Below are positions 1-9,623 of a DNA stretch of 52,228 nt, piece after piece. The notes under the pieces are model-generated. The model searched no databases. It saw only the letters and a list, made by a program, of their open reading frames with translations, and was not told where the DNA came from. Source of the DNA: a virus (lineage: Duplodnaviria; Caudoviricetes). Every line of letters starts with the position of its first letter. Within the stretch, counting starts at the first letter, position 1. The DNA lies in the IMG/VR virus record IMGVR_UViG_3300022181_000111, positions 1 through 52,228 of that record, one strand, 5' to 3'. A program made the position numbers and the translations under genes.

Positions 1-1281
1 TCACGTTTTTAGTACCACATTTTGAGTAGGTGGTACTTTATTGAATTTATCCATTTCTTTATTTTTTAGTTCGTCCACTATGGCAATGTACGGTTTCATA
101 GAATTGTAATCCTTGTGCCCGGTCCATTTCATCACCACGACTGGCTCGATTCCAAGATAAATAGCATTTACGATAAATGTTCTTCTCCCGACGTGCGTAC
201 TTAATAGTTCGTGTTTTGGATATGTTTCATCATGTCTTTCCGCTCCTATGTAATACACGACTTTTGTTGGTTCATCGAAACCTATTATTTTACCCATCTC
301 TTTCAGGTAATCGTTCATCTTCTGATTGCTTATCACAGGCATAGCCATGTCGTTAGCAAAGGTAATATGTTTATATTTGTCGAGTATGGCTCTGCTGTAA
401 TTATTCAGATCAATTCTTAACCCGTCGTCTGTTTTTTCAGTGTACACTATTATATGGTCTTTGAAAATGTCCTGTTTTTTTAAAGTAAACAAATCGGAAT
501 GCCTTAGAGATGTGAAGGACATTAACGAAACGCAGTCTCGTACTTGATTGTATGAGTCTGTACCAAAATCAAATGTGTACCATTCCATCAATTCATCCCA
601 AGTGAAGAAGACCTTGGCTTTTTTCTCGACCTGCTTAAGGTTAATGGAGTATTCCGTATTGAGATTTCCTGAATAATATCCCTCCCTTTTTGCCCAAGTA
701 AGGAACCATTTAAGCATGGAAACATATCTTTCGGATGTGGAGTTTTTCAACCCTGTTTTCGGTTCCTTTACATTCATCCGTGAATCTTTTGAATTAAGAA
801 AATAAATAAAGTTATCAATATCTTTTGAAGTAAGGTCAAAACTTAAATTTGGATTGAAGTTTCTAAGGTGTGTTTTGACTGTTTCGTTTTTTTCGTAATT
901 CTTTTTTACCCACCCCTTTTTTTTACCCTGCTCTTTAATATATAAGTCGAATGTTTCAAAAAAAGGATTTAATTGTTTCTTTTTCCCTTTGATTATGTTA
1001 TTAAAAGATTCACGAAATTCATCAGGAGACAGGTCTTTGACGAGTAGCTTTGTTGCCGCATCTTCATACCTTTGTATTTCGCTGTTTATTTGATAAGCTG
1101 ATATTTTATCTTTTCCGTGTGTGGTGTTTGCCTTACATCTGTTTGTCTCCTTATTCCACTTTTCCGGGTTTATGGTGTAAGGTATATTGAATGTGGCAAG
1201 TTTGCCTACACGCATGCGTATACGGACCTCTCCTGGCCTATTGTTCCTTTTTACAAGTACATATGTTATTGATTGTTTCAC
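1..1281 (-). CDS. int: Tyrosine recombinase (phage integrase)
   Basis: Catalytic set SLRHSD, EKT, HVGRRT, GHK, PYI; N-terminal arm-binding-like region. Likely start GTG 1281 overlapping the upstream TGA (ORF track extends to 1314). Confidence 0.93.
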   Translation of the reverse strand: MKQSITYVLVKRNNRPGEVRIRMRVGKLATFNIPYTINPEKWNKETNRCKANTTHGKDKISAYQINSEIQRYEDAATKLLVKDLSPDEFRESFNNIIKGKKKQLNPFFETFDLYIKEQGKKKGWVKKNYEKNETVKTHLRNFNPNLSFDLTSKDIDNFIYFLNSKDSRMNVKEPKTGLKNSTSERYVSMLKWFLTWAKREGYYSGNLNTEYSINLKQVEKKAKVFFTWDELMEWYTFDFGTDSYNQVRDCVSLMSFTSLRHSDLFTLKKQDIFKDHIIVYTEKTDDGLRIDLNNYSRAILDKYKHITFANDMAMPVISNQKMNDYLKEMGKIIGFDEPTKVVYYIGAERHDETYPKHELLSTHVGRRTFIVNAIYLGIEPVVVMKWTGHKDYNSMKPYIAIVDELKNKEMDKFNKVPPTQNVVLKT

Positions 1282-1529
1282 TTGAACATTTTCCCTTTTC
1301 CAGTAAAAATCCATTCACCAGAAACGCCATAGTCGTTAACCAGATAGGCAATCCAAGAAATTTGAAATCTGTCTGATTCCGGGACGCGTCTTACATCATA
1401 GAAAGCTGACTTGGTTATTCCGTACCTATCAATGAATTCCTGTTTACTTTTTATCTTGCCCATCTCTTTGATAGCATCGAATGCTTCATAAAAGCGATAG
1501 ATAATTTGAATGCTTTCCGGATTGTTCAT
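1278..1529 (-). CDS. Small HTH-like DNA-binding protein
   Basis: Ends YGVSGEWIFTGKGKMF, typical of XRE/CI-like HTH C-termini. Confidence 0.6.
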   Translation of the reverse strand: MNNPESIQIIYRFYEAFDAIKEMGKIKSKQEFIDRYGITKSAFYDVRRVPESDRFQISWIAYLVNDYGVSGEWIFTGKGKMFK

Positions 1530-1708
1530 AATAAGTTAAGTTCATTAATGTATTCCTGAATATCGTTTGTTGGTTGATTTTTGACAAAAGCCATGTCAAA
1601 TTCAATCTTCGCTTTTAGCCGAGCATCCGAAACTTCTTTTTCGGTGAGATTTCCTGATACTTTCTTTTTATATAGAGCGAGTAGGATTGAGTAATGTTGC
1701 AGTGTCAT
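1526..1708 (-). CDS. Hypothetical protein
   Basis: 60-aa ORF translationally coupled to both neighbours. Confidence 0.5.
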   Translation of the reverse strand: MTLQHYSILLALYKKKVSGNLTEKEVSDARLKAKIEFDMAFVKNQPTNDIQEYINELNLL

Positions 1709-2085
1709 TAGTATATTCTCTTTGCTCTAAAGTGCATAATTTCTGGATCACTTGGAAAAGACAACTTAAACTCTGAGTTATCTCCGGCTAATGTAATCAC
1801 ATTTATATAAGCATAATCGCTTACAACTTTTAAGGTAATTTTGTTCCCGCTTATTGAATAAGTACCGAAAATAGGAGTTAATCCTCCTACTGATTGATTA
1901 AATTTTTTGTCACCTGTGAATTCAATGTGCATAAAATCGTAGTTTGTAGTAATCCACTTTCCATCTATATAAGATTCAGTCACACTCCATTTCCCTATTA
2001 CATCAGCTTCAAGGCCTGTTTTCTGCTCATCTTTTCCGCAGGAAACAAGTAAAATAATTGATAGAATAAAGAGTACTTTTTTCAT
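1708..2085 (-). CDS. Lipoprotein, lipocalin-like beta-barrel
   Basis: Signal peptide with lipobox LLVSC; VIGKW and GTYSISGNKITL motifs. Confidence 0.7.
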   Translation of the reverse strand: MKKVLFILSIILLVSCGKDEQKTGLEADVIGKWSVTESYIDGKWITTNYDFMHIEFTGDKKFNQSVGGLTPIFGTYSISGNKITLKVVSDYAYINVITLAGDNSEFKLSFPSDPEIMHFRAKRIY

Positions 2086-2129
2086 ATTCTTATTTTTTAA
2101 ATTAGAATTTACGTTAATTTTTACTTATG

Positions 2130-2804
2130 TCATAAAGTTATTTGTTTCTGAACAATTTTATACACAACAAAAATCTGATAAATATCTGAAAAGTTTATCT
2201 TAAAGTCTTCGTATGAAGAATTGAACGAATGACACATTATGTATCCATCCTCTTTGTTTACTTCGGTTATTTGTTTTATTACGTTCCCCTCACGTGAGGT
2301 GATGACAAACAGACGTGTTCTGATAGGTAGGTCATCCCATTCATCGGGTTCCAATTCCCTGATAAGAATATCGTCACCATCTGAAATTGAGCGATCCGTT
2401 CCGTCGTTCATTGAATTTCCAGTTATCTTAACCACAAGGTACTTCCCTTTCTCGTATTCACGTGGTACAAGCCTTGTTTGAGTTTCAGGAAGATTTGCAA
2501 CATCTGCACCGCCAAGCCTTCCTCCTTTTCCGTTCAATATGGCAAATTCAGCCATCATATAGGCGTCTTCTGGGACGGGGACAACTTCTTGCAATTCGGT
2601 TGTCATTTTACCAACTCCAGTTTGAAACCAAACCATATTTATTTCCGGAAATGCGTTTGATATTTTTTCTCTTGTACCAACCGTTACAGTCTTACCTGGA
2701 TTATTTGCGTACCCAGTTGATAAATTTGCTCTTTTTGCAAATTCAGCTTGCGAAATACCATAGTAATCGAGAATCTTCTGAATTCTATCTTTTATTTCAG
2801 ACAT
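2130..2804 (-). CDS. CI-like repressor (HTH + S24 peptidase)
   Basis: N-terminal HTH (ISQAEFAKRANLS), GNSM catalytic Ser and VIKQ Lys; divergent from cro-like gene. Confidence 0.9.
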   Translation of the reverse strand: MSEIKDRIQKILDYYGISQAEFAKRANLSTGYANNPGKTVTVGTREKISNAFPEINMVWFQTGVGKMTTELQEVVPVPEDAYMMAEFAILNGKGGRLGGADVANLPETQTRLVPREYEKGKYLVVKITGNSMNDGTDRSISDGDDILIRELEPDEWDDLPIRTRLFVITSREGNVIKQITEVNKEDGYIMCHSFNSSYEDFKINFSDIYQIFVVYKIVQKQITL

Positions 2805-2805
2805 A

Positions 2806-2994
2806 TATAAAAATATTATGTATACTACTTGTTTTTGTATAATTTAATTATTCATGTTTACATCGGTATTCTCAGTAAACAATATTTAAAGATTCTGCCA
2901 ATAACTATTTATCATAAAAAAAGTGCAATAGTTAAATAATATTAAACGCATAACATTTTTATGTAAAACACTTGTTTCGCATAATAATATTATG
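2806..2994. promoter_or_regulatory. Four putative CI/Cro operators (C/T)ATAA-N5-TTAT(G/T)
   Basis: Sites at 2806-2820, 2838-2852, 2949-2963, 2980-2994 in two pairs, each pair with ACTTGTTT in the spacer. Confidence 0.6.
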
Positions 2995-3015
2995 TATCTT
3001 TACACTATCAAAATA
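2990..3015 (+). promoter_or_regulatory. Rightward early promoter (TATCTTTA, variant of Bacteroidota -7 box TAnnTTTG)
   Basis: TATGTATCTTTACACTATCAAAATA is nearly identical to the promoter-like sequences near 17345 and 29931. Confidence 0.55.
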
Positions 3016-3146
3016 CATCACAAATATAACAACAAAAATGGAAACGAAAACTAAAAATCAGGAAAAGGTCTCTAAAATAGCCCGAATGGACCACGTGGGT
3101 AAAAGTAGATGATAACAATAATAAATAAGTCAATAATGAAAAGATT

Positions 3147-3350
3147 ATGAATTTACAACAATTTTACGAACAAATTCCGGAGCCGACCGCTCCGAAGAGC
3201 GACTGGGTTAGAATGGTCGCTGAAAAGTTGGAAGTGTCCGAAGCAACGGTTAGGTCTTGGACACAAGGCAGGAATAAACCACGTCATCCGAGCTTACTTC
3301 GTGGACTTAGCGAAATAACCGGTATTCCAGAAAACGAATTATTTGAGTAG
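3147..3350 (+). CDS. Cro-like HTH regulator
   Basis: VAEKLEVSEATVRSW HTH; divergent from CI. Confidence 0.8.
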   Translation: MNLQQFYEQIPEPTAPKSDWVRMVAEKLEVSEATVRSWTQGRNKPRHPSLLRGLSEITGIPENELFE

Positions 3351-3352
3351 TC

Positions 3353-3913
3353 ATGAAAATGATTGAGTTTCATACCGACTATTCAACTGGTGAAGCAATG
3401 TTTCGTATCATCGGAGAAGACACTTGTAGAGAGCTGAAACAAAGCGACACGGATATTATCAAGTTGCTTTTGGATAACTCAAAAGAGTTCTATCCTGAAC
3501 AATACGAAGCATTGGGTAAAGAGTACGGAAAAAGCAGTTGTAACAAGCCCTACTTTGGTTTTTTGAGGGCAAGAAGAATTGTAAACTGCTGCTTTGGAGA
3601 GAATGATTGCAAAGTTGATTTTGATAGAGGATTCTTCAACTTTGAACTCGTCAAGTGTCCACGTATGGCAGAATGCAAGTATCACGGAATTATCTGTCAG
3701 CCAAAGTTTTCAACTACACTCACCGACAGAGAAAATGAAGTAATGAAACTGTACGTTCAAGGTTACTCTACAGAAGACATTGCGGACAAGTTATTTATCA
3801 GCATTCATACGGTTATAAATCACAAAAAGAGTGCTTTACGGAGATTGAATTTACACTCCATTGAGGAGTTCATCGCTTACGCATTTAAAAAGAAGATGTA
3901 TGACGACATTTAA
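3353..3913 (+). CDS. LuxR-type C-terminal HTH regulator
   Basis: LTDRENEVMKLYVQGYSTEDIADKLFISIHTVINH motif preceded by a Cys-rich region. Confidence 0.85.
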   Translation: MKMIEFHTDYSTGEAMFRIIGEDTCRELKQSDTDIIKLLLDNSKEFYPEQYEALGKEYGKSSCNKPYFGFLRARRIVNCCFGENDCKVDFDRGFFNFELVKCPRMAECKYHGIICQPKFSTTLTDRENEVMKLYVQGYSTEDIADKLFISIHTVINHKKSALRRLNLHSIEEFIAYAFKKKMYDDI

Positions 3914-4133
3914 TCATGAAACGGTATTTGATACCGCAAACCGAACAATGACTTTCATTATTCACCCGAGACTACAGATTGTGATAAATTTCAAAGAATA
4001 CGAATTACTCATTTTGAAAGACAGCAAGGTGATTGATAAGGAAAGTTTCAAGGGAGAGCATTTCACATTGAGTGATATGGAATTGATTTTGAAACAAGCG
4101 CATGAATCGTGCGAAAAATTAAGAAATGTATGA
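3900..4133 (+). CDS. Hypothetical protein
   Basis: ORF; ATG 3900 overlaps the end of the previous gene. Confidence 0.5.
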   Translation: MTTFNHETVFDTANRTMTFIIHPRLQIVINFKEYELLILKDSKVIDKESFKGEHFTLSDMELILKQAHESCEKLRNV

Positions 4134-4387
4134 GGGACGAAACGAGAATCATAGATTTGACAGTAGGTGAGTTGAAATCTATTCTACGGTCGGAAGCTCC
4201 AAAGGAGGAGAAAGTACCGGAAAAGCGAATTGTTTACGGATTAGCCGGTATTGCAGAACTTTTTGATTGTTCGATATCTACCGCTCAAAGAATTAAGAAC
4301 AGTGGGAAAATCAAGAAAGCGATCACACAGGTAGGACGAAAGATCATTGTTGATGCAGAAAAAGCTTTAGAGTTGAATAAAAAATAA
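4109..4387 (+). CDS. DUF3853-like excisionase/HTH protein
   Basis: IIDLTVGEL...VYGLAGIAELFDCSISTAQRIKNSG...ITQVGRKIIVDAEKAL. Confidence 0.8.
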   Translation: MRKIKKCMRDETRIIDLTVGELKSILRSEAPKEEKVPEKRIVYGLAGIAELFDCSISTAQRIKNSGKIKKAITQVGRKIIVDAEKALELNKK

Positions 4388-4406
4388 CCATTAAAAATTT
4401 TAAATC

Positions 4407-4559
4407 ATGTTTGCAAGAAAATTGAGAAGAAGAATTCAGGTACTGGAATGTGAGGTGAGTGATCTGAGAGCAAAAAACGAAGCTCTTTCAGCGTTAAACA
4501 AAGAGATATTGAAAAGTGCTCCGAAACGTGATGCGAGAGGACGTTTTGTTAAAGCTTAA
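4407..4559 (+). CDS. Small hypothetical protein (50 aa, below ORF-track cutoff)
   Basis: MFARKLRRR...KRDARGRFVKA fills the intergenic gap. Confidence 0.55.
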   Translation: MFARKLRRRIQVLECEVSDLRAKNEALSALNKEILKSAPKRDARGRFVKA

Positions 4560-4571
4560 ATCAACACACAC

Positions 4572-6542
4572 ATGGAAAAAGAAATTAAGTTAAGAAAATT
4601 ACGGATGATCTATTTCAAGGGATTCAAGGATTTTGAAGTAGATTTCAGCGACAGGACGGTGATATCCGGAAGAAATACTTCCGGAAAGTCAACTATCTTC
4701 GATGCCTGGTCATGGCTCCTGTTCGGAAAGGACAGCTTAGGAAATGCGGATTTCCAAATCAAAACAATTCAAGATAATGAAGTGATTGAAAAAGTAGATC
4801 ATGAAGTTTATGGCGAAATTGAAATCAATGGATCCATCACAGCATTGAAAAGAGTTTTGAGGGAGAATTGGGTAAAACCGAGAGGCCAGGAACATGAGTA
4901 CCTGAAAGGAAATGAAACGAAATGTTTCTTTGATGGCGTACCGTTACCAGTTACGGAATATCAGAAAAGGGTGAATGACATCGTAGATGAAAATTTGTTC
5001 AAGCTGATCACAAATACCAACTATTTTCACTCACTTAAAAAGGAAGATCGCAGGAATATTCTTGTCTCACTTGCAGGAGAGATAGCAAATATAGATGTAG
5101 CTGCAAAAGGTAAAGACCTTGAAGAAATCGTCGAGCTTCTTAACACTTCTACCAGCGAGGACATTAAAAGTCGCATAGCCGCTGAAAAGAAGCGAATCAA
5201 AGAAGAACTTGCAGACATTCCAATCCGGATTGACGAATTGAAAAAAAGTATGCCGGAAGCTGTAGATGTTGAGTCGATAAAAAAGCAGATTGATTCCAGA
5301 AAATCCGAGTTATCAGAAATTGACAAAATACTATCGGACAGACGGGAGGCAATAAAGATGCAACTTGATGATCAGTATTTAAAAAGCATGCAGGTCAAAG
5401 AATTGAGGATAAAGCAAAATGATATTCTCATCGAAGCTGAATTGGAGGCGGTCAGGGTTGCAAGCGAGAAAAACAAGGACTTCCACAACTACAAGTCAAT
5501 CCTTACAGAGAAAAAAGAAAAAACCATCAGAGCAGAACGCAGAGTTGTAGAAAAGAAAGTTGAAATTTCAGATATCAATGCAAAACTGGATAATCTTTCT
5601 AATGAGCGTGAAAAACTTGTTGAACAGTGGAAAAAGGAGAGCGCAAATACATACACTAAGAAAGATGGATGCCTGATTTGTCCTCTCTACAACCATGAAT
5701 GTACAGATAATGAAGCATTGTTTAAATTCTCTCAAGGAGAAACCGATGCAGAACAAGAGTTCAATTCAAGGAAAAGCAAGAGGCTTGCTGAAATCAACGA
5801 ATCCGGGTTAAAGATTAAAGAGAAGATCGAGGCATACAGGAAAACTCTAACAACACATGAAACGGAATTATTATCGATGAAATCTGATTATGAAAGCCTC
5901 TATTCGGATTTTCAGGCATTCGAGAAAATGACACCGGTAGAGTACAAGGCGGATCCGGTGGTAAAAGAAAACATTCCCGAATGGGTTGAACTTGAAAACC
6001 AGATTAAAGCTATCAAGATTGAAGAGGTTGTTCAGGATAATTCAGATCTAAGCGAAAGGAAAATCCGGATCAATGATGAAGTTATCAAGCTGTCTATTGA
6101 GTTAAGCAAAAATGACCAGATCAAGAATACATTTAAAAGGATAGACGAACTCACAAAGGAACAGAGGGCATTATCGCAAGAACTCACAGAGCAGGAAGGT
6201 ATTGAGTTTAAACTACTCCAATTTAATAAACTCAAGATGGAAGAAGTTGATCGGAGAGTGAATGGTTTGTTCAAATACGTGAAATTTAAGCTTTTCGATA
6301 AAACTTATGAAGGCAATGAGTACGAAACATGTGAAACATTAATTGATGGAGTACCTTACTTCTCCGCAAACAATGCTGGACGGGTTAATGGCGCTCTCGA
6401 CATAATAAATGCAATTTGCGAGTACCATGGAATTTATGCACCAATCATGATCGACAATGCAGAAAGCATTAATGAGGTCATTCCAACCAAGTCGCAGCTG
6501 ATTTTATTGGTTGTAACAGATGGTGATTTAGTCGTTAAGTAA
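4572..6542 (+). CDS. SMC/Rad50-like AAA ATPase
   Basis: Walker A GRNTSGKST, long coiled coil, central CPLYNHEC, C-terminal IMIDNAES. Confidence 0.85.
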   Translation: MEKEIKLRKLRMIYFKGFKDFEVDFSDRTVISGRNTSGKSTIFDAWSWLLFGKDSLGNADFQIKTIQDNEVIEKVDHEVYGEIEINGSITALKRVLRENWVKPRGQEHEYLKGNETKCFFDGVPLPVTEYQKRVNDIVDENLFKLITNTNYFHSLKKEDRRNILVSLAGEIANIDVAAKGKDLEEIVELLNTSTSEDIKSRIAAEKKRIKEELADIPIRIDELKKSMPEAVDVESIKKQIDSRKSELSEIDKILSDRREAIKMQLDDQYLKSMQVKELRIKQNDILIEAELEAVRVASEKNKDFHNYKSILTEKKEKTIRAERRVVEKKVEISDINAKLDNLSNEREKLVEQWKKESANTYTKKDGCLICPLYNHECTDNEALFKFSQGETDAEQEFNSRKSKRLAEINESGLKIKEKIEAYRKTLTTHETELLSMKSDYESLYSDFQAFEKMTPVEYKADPVVKENIPEWVELENQIKAIKIEEVVQDNSDLSERKIRINDEVIKLSIELSKNDQIKNTFKRIDELTKEQRALSQELTEQEGIEFKLLQFNKLKMEEVDRRVNGLFKYVKFKLFDKTYEGNEYETCETLIDGVPYFSANNAGRVNGALDIINAICEYHGIYAPIMIDNAESINEVIPTKSQLILLVVTDGDLVVK

Positions 6543-6577
6543 TTATTAACATCAGATAATGAGATATTTAACAAAAT

Positions 6578-6612
6578 AAATAGTCTCCATAAGAGACCTT
6601 TTGTTATCTTTA
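6578..6612 (+). promoter_or_regulatory. Palindromic operator + promoter upstream of recT
   Basis: AAATAGTCTC-CATAA-GAGACCTTTT followed by TATCTTTA. Confidence 0.6.
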
Positions 6613-6634
6613 TACATCAATAATAACATACAAC

Positions 6635-7495
6635 ATGGAAGAAAAAAATCAAGTAAAAAAACAGGAAAAGAATCAGCTATCGGTCCTACAGAAGGATATT
6701 ACGGATAGCGTGGTTTCAAGAATCAATGAACTGCAGGAGATGGGGGCATTGACACTTCCTAAGACCTATGCTGTTGGGAATGAGTTAAAAATGGCGTGGT
6801 TCGCACTTCAAGAAGTAAAGGACAGGAATAATAAGCCTGCTCTTGAAGTTTGTTCAAAAGAAAGTGTTGCGAATGCTCTTTTGAAAATGTCAATTCAAGG
6901 ATTGTCGGTTTGGAAAAAGCAATGCGACTTTATTGTCTATGGGAATAAACTTTCATGTGAACGTGAATACCATGGGACCATTGCTTTGGCTTTACGAACT
7001 GGGACTGTGATAGGTGTCCCGGAAGCAGAAGTTATTTATGAGGGTGACATATTCAAGTACCGTATCATAAATGGCAAGAAAGAGGTTGTTGAACATTCCC
7101 AGGAACTTGAAAATATTGATATCAATAAGATTAAGGGGGCTTACGCAATCGTACCGCTGAAAGATGGTGATTCGCATACTGAGATTATGACGATTCAACA
7201 AATCAAACAAGCGTGGATGCAGGGAGCGATGAAGGGACAATCAGGAGCTCATAAAAACTTTGCCGATCAGATGGCTAAAAAAACAGTTATCAGCCGGGCA
7301 CTTAAACTGTATATCAGCAGCAGCGATGATGAGTACCTTTTGGAGAATGAAGCCGATCCTGTTCCTGTACAAGAAAAGAAAGAGACTTTGGAAGAAGTTG
7401 AATTCACGGAAGCGGAAGTTGTACAGGATGAACCTGAAAAACTTGAGCAACAAGCCGAACAGCCAAAGGGAAACGAACCGCAAATGATGTTCTGA
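6635..7495 (+). CDS. recT: RecT-family single-strand annealing recombinase
   Basis: SVANALLKMSIQGLS, AEVIYEGD, IKGAYA, DQMAKKTVISRALK motifs. Confidence 0.88.
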   Translation: MEEKNQVKKQEKNQLSVLQKDITDSVVSRINELQEMGALTLPKTYAVGNELKMAWFALQEVKDRNNKPALEVCSKESVANALLKMSIQGLSVWKKQCDFIVYGNKLSCEREYHGTIALALRTGTVIGVPEAEVIYEGDIFKYRIINGKKEVVEHSQELENIDINKIKGAYAIVPLKDGDSHTEIMTIQQIKQAWMQGAMKGQSGAHKNFADQMAKKTVISRALKLYISSSDDEYLLENEADPVPVQEKKETLEEVEFTEAEVVQDEPEKLEQQAEQPKGNEPQMMF

Positions 7496-7496
7496 A

Positions 7497-7709
7497 ATGG
7501 AAATGGTCAGCAAAAATATCGCATTGGGAGAGCCGATAAGTGATTTGAATGAATTATTAAGGCTTGCAAGAGAAAGGAAGTCGGTAATTCAAAAAGTTGG
7601 TTACACTAATAGAAGCTATATAGTAAGACCAGCTGCCTTTTATCTTTCGTGGCAATTAAGACAATTATTATTATCAAAGTTTTACTATGCGATTAAAGTG
7701 TCTAAGTAG
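7497..7709 (+). CDS. Hypothetical protein
   Basis: 70-aa ORF between recT and the MBL gene. Confidence 0.45.
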   Translation: MEMVSKNIALGEPISDLNELLRLARERKSVIQKVGYTNRSYIVRPAAFYLSWQLRQLLLSKFYYAIKVSK

Positions 7710-8421
7710 TTCATCATCTGGAAACTGCTACATACTTTCAGCGAGTGACGAAGTGTTGATTTTGGAGGCTGGTGTGAAATTCAGTGCAGTAAAAGAAGCA
7801 TTGAATTTCGACCTCTCCAAAGTTAAGGCGGTTGTGTGCTCTCATTTGCATGGCGATCATTCGAAATATATTAAAGACTTTATATTTTCAGGCATTCCTA
7901 CATTAGCGGATGAAAGTGTTTTTAATCATTACGGTATAGATTGTTCCACTTATATAACTGCTAAACATCAACATGAATACAAGTTTGGCGGATTTTCCGT
8001 AAAACCATTTTCAGTTGAACATGATGTTCCAACTTTCGGGTTCTTACTCAACCATCCGGATATGGGTAAAACAGTATTTATAACTGATACCGGAGAAATA
8101 AACTACTCATTCAAGAACCTCAATAACATCATCGTAGAAGCAAATTTCAGCAACGACATTATAGAAAGAAATGTAATGAACGGAATAATCCACCCTGTAT
8201 ATGAAGAAAGGGTCAGGCGGTCTCATATGAGTTTGGAAAAATGCATTGAGTGGCTTGGACTCATGGATTTATCACTGGTAAACAATATTGTACTTGCTCA
8301 CCTAAGTAGCCAGAATAGTGATTCAGAACTATTCAAGACGAAGATTGAGCAGAAGTTCGCAAAGAATGTATTTGTGGCCGGTAAGAAGTTAAATATTGAA
8401 TTCAATAAACTACCCTTTTGA
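7687..8421 (+). CDS. MBL-fold metallo-hydrolase (probable exonuclease partner of RecT)
   Basis: SSSSGNCY, SHLHGDH, HDV, ITDTG, HLS motifs. Confidence 0.88.
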   Translation: MRLKCLSSSSSGNCYILSASDEVLILEAGVKFSAVKEALNFDLSKVKAVVCSHLHGDHSKYIKDFIFSGIPTLADESVFNHYGIDCSTYITAKHQHEYKFGGFSVKPFSVEHDVPTFGFLLNHPDMGKTVFITDTGEINYSFKNLNNIIVEANFSNDIIERNVMNGIIHPVYEERVRRSHMSLEKCIEWLGLMDLSLVNNIVLAHLSSQNSDSELFKTKIEQKFAKNVFVAGKKLNIEFNKLPF

Positions 8422-8804
8422 TGGAACAATTACTTAAAGAAGCAGAAGAAATTCAGGGTTATCTGGAGATTGAGTGCTCCGAAAATCCGGCAGAAGTAAA
8501 GGAAAGAATACATGTGCTCTCCGTTTATATGGCCAGATCCGGAAATATGTTTGCGGAAGCGAAAAGGATATACAGGAGGAAGGTTTCATCCGAGATTGCC
8601 AACACTATCATTAACATAGCGAAAGAGCAGTATCTATCAGCAACAGCACAGAATGCACTTGTTTCCTCAGTAGCTGAAGATGAAGCATTCCTGGTCGATA
8701 AAATTGAAAGGATTCATCGCTCATGCGTGCATCAGATTGATGCATTGCGATCAATTCTGTCATTCGAAAGAGAAAATCTAAGACTTGACAAAACTGGGTA
8801 CTGA
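8418..8804 (+). CDS. Hypothetical phage protein
   Basis: Coupled helical ORF. Confidence 0.6.
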   Translation: MMEQLLKEAEEIQGYLEIECSENPAEVKERIHVLSVYMARSGNMFAEAKRIYRRKVSSEIANTIINIAKEQYLSATAQNALVSSVAEDEAFLVDKIERIHRSCVHQIDALRSILSFERENLRLDKTGY

Positions 8805-9024
8805 TATGCAACTCACATTATTTGAACCAGAAACTAAACGATTCCCAAAAACATATCATGATGAGATGGGCCGTTTCTGCACTAAAGATGATGCCATAAG
8901 AAAGAAAATGAATTACTGGAAAATGAAAGCAGCTGCCTACGAAAGGGCGTATTTGGCAGTAAGCAAACGATTAATCGAATTGGAAAGAAATGCGAAACAT
9001 ATTAACGAACACAGAGATATCTGA
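8785..9024 (+). CDS. Hypothetical protein
   Basis: ORF; MQLTLF is the more likely start. Confidence 0.5.
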   Translation: MTKLGTDMQLTLFEPETKRFPKTYHDEMGRFCTKDDAIRKKMNYWKMKAAAYERAYLAVSKRLIELERNAKHINEHRDI

Positions 9025-9205
9025 ATCCTATGACAGAAAGATTCAGGTCGAGAAATTAACCCCTATCTGGAGAGAAATCATCGAGAATTATAGACCGGTC
9101 AGGGTAGATTCAAAAACTGTAAAATTAGTTAAACCTAAGAATTATAAGTTTTCAAAAAATGAAAAACTTTCCCAAAAAGGAAAACATTCTAAACAAAAAA
9201 AATAA
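8990..9205 (+). CDS. Hypothetical protein
   Basis: ORF in operon context. Confidence 0.45.
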   Translation: MRNILTNTEISESYDRKIQVEKLTPIWREIIENYRPVRVDSKTVKLVKPKNYKFSKNEKLSQKGKHSKQKK

Positions 9206-9229
9206 AATAATTTTCCAAAAAGAAAATAT

Positions 9230-9622
9230 ATGAAGAATACTTCAAAGACTACTTTAGATAAAATATTCAGTGAATATATTAGAAGAAGAGATTCTGATAA
9301 GTATGGTTATATAAGATGTATTTCATGCGGAAAAGTAGTCAGATGGCAGGATTCAGACTGTGGACACTATGTGAACAGAGGACACAATTCTACAAGGTAT
9401 GATGAAGTAAATTGCAATGCACAATGCAGAAAATGCAATCGATTTGACGAAGGAAATATTTATAATTATCGAAAAGGGTTGATAAAAAAGTACAACGAGC
9501 AAGCAGTAGAATTGATAGAAATAAAAAAACACAATCATTGTAAGCTTGGTCAGTTTGAGATAAATGTATTGGCAGAAGAATATAGGCGTAAGCTAAAAGA
9601 AATAAAAAAACAATCAAAATAA
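9230..9622 (+). CDS. ninG: NinG/Rap-like recombination endonuclease
   Basis: FSEYIRRRD, CISCG, DCGHY, RYDEVNCNAQCRKCNRF. Confidence 0.85.
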   Translation: MKNTSKTTLDKIFSEYIRRRDSDKYGYIRCISCGKVVRWQDSDCGHYVNRGHNSTRYDEVNCNAQCRKCNRFDEGNIYNYRKGLIKKYNEQAVELIEIKKHNHCKLGQFEINVLAEEYRRKLKEIKKQSK

Positions 9623-9623
9623 T

